The notes beneath the pieces are model-generated. The model was not told where the DNA came from. It searched no databases and saw nothing but the letters and a program-made list of their open reading frames with translations. From NCBI GenBank assembly GCA_038231575.1, contig JBBRLB010000011.1, forward strand, positions 1,488-65,487: a stretch of 64,000 nucleotides of DNA. Direction: 5' to 3'. Position numbers and translations under genes: made by a program. Source of the stretch: Opitutales bacterium. GTDB lineage: Bacteria > Verrucomicrobiota > Verrucomicrobiia > Opitutales > Opitutaceae. Positions 63,265 through 64,000 of the stretch are shown here, in pieces (position 1 is the first letter of the stretch; the number at the start of each line of letters is the position of its first letter).

Positions 63265-64000
63265 ATGCATTTCGACAAACCCACCTATACCGTCCGAAAA
63301 ACCCGCAAAAAGGAGATCCCGAAGGGGGTTTATACCAAGGATCCGGTGACGGGGGACATCGTTTTCAACAAGGAGGTCGAGGACAACCAGATGGTCGCCC
63401 CGAAGAGCGGGCACCATTTCCCGATCGGCGCCCGGGCGCGCATCGCGAAGCTGTTTGACGAAGGCACCTGGGTCGAGACGGACGCGAAGGTGAAGTCGAG
63501 CGACCCGCTCAAGTTCGTCGATTCACAGGCCTATCCCGACCGGATCAAGCGCTACGAAAAAGACAGCGGGCTGCCGGAGGCGGTCATCAACGGGACCGGA
63601 AGAATTTACGACCTCGAAGTATCCGTGGCCGTAATGGATTTCAAATTCTGCGGTGGCGCAATGGGCGCGGCGGCTGGCGAAAAACTCACCCGCGCGATCG
63701 AGACCGCCGCCGCAAAAAAAATCCCCTGCATCATCTTCAGCGCCTCCGGTGGCGCGCGCATGCAGGAGGGCATTTACTCGCTCATGCAGATGGCGAAGAC
63801 CAGCGCCGCGCTCGGCCGCCTCGCGCAGGCCCGGTTGCCGTTCATTTCCGTGCTCACGCACCCGACGATGGGCGGGGTGACGGCCAGCTTCGCGACGCTC
63901 GGCGACGTGATCATCGCGGAGCCGGGCGCGCTCATCGGGTTCGCCGGTGCGCGCGTGATCAAGGACACCACGAAGCAGACGCTGCCCGCGGGTTTCCAGA
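63265..64000 (+). CDS. accD: Acetyl-CoA carboxylase carboxyltransferase beta subunit (partial; runs off the window)
   Basis: Not in the track because no stop lies in the window. MHFDKPTYTVRKTRKKEIPKGVYTKDP ... FCGGAMGAAAGEK ... FSASGGARMQEGIYSLMQMAKTSAAL ... PTMGGVTASFA. Confidence 0.9.
   Translation, partial: MHFDKPTYTVRKTRKKEIPKGVYTKDPVTGDIVFNKEVEDNQMVAPKSGHHFPIGARARIAKLFDEGTWVETDAKVKSSDPLKFVDSQAYPDRIKRYEKDSGLPEAVINGTGRIYDLEVSVAVMDFKFCGGAMGAAAGEKLTRAIETAAAKKIPCIIFSASGGARMQEGIYSLMQMAKTSAALGRLAQARLPFISVLTHPTMGGVTASFATLGDVIIAEPGALIGFAGARVIKDTTKQTLPAGFQ

Overview
A 64-kb, high-GC chromosomal segment. By inference it comes from a Verrucomicrobia/Opitutae-like bacterium: it has a TGTTC-N4-GAACA LexA box, Verrucomicrobia-style TonB receptors, and few Shine-Dalgarno sites. 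Many long ORFs in the track are antisense shadows of real genes, and the track counts GTG/TTG as M, so I re-set many starts.

Most of the window is housekeeping:
- Biosynthesis and envelope: cimA, ispA, murJ, manC, moeB, accD.
- Translation, RNA modification and secretion: typA, rluE, rlmN, truA, yajC-secDF.
- DNA metabolism: hrpB, recJ, ruvX, comF.
- Other units: a czcCBA-type RND efflux operon, two paralogous TonB-dependent receptors, and a lexA-imuA-imuB-dnaE2 SOS mutagenesis operon.

The accessory part lies at about 37.5-44.9 kb, between the convergent core genes rlmN and speA. It holds three type II toxin-antitoxin (TA) modules, one of them decayed, and a clearly AT-richer orphan membrane protein. 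It also holds second copies of the last ~76 nt of rlmN and the last ~105 nt of speA. These copies differ from the functional gene ends almost only at synonymous sites. I read this as a recombination hotspot with nested foreign cargo.

Other notable signals:
- An Ile-codon leader peptide plus terminator directly upstream of citramalate synthase.
- speA has a conserved N-terminus with no canonical start codon.
- A ~1.1-kb gene-free gap carries two opposing terminator-like hairpins.

I found no rRNA, convincing tRNA, CRISPR array, transposase or integrase.
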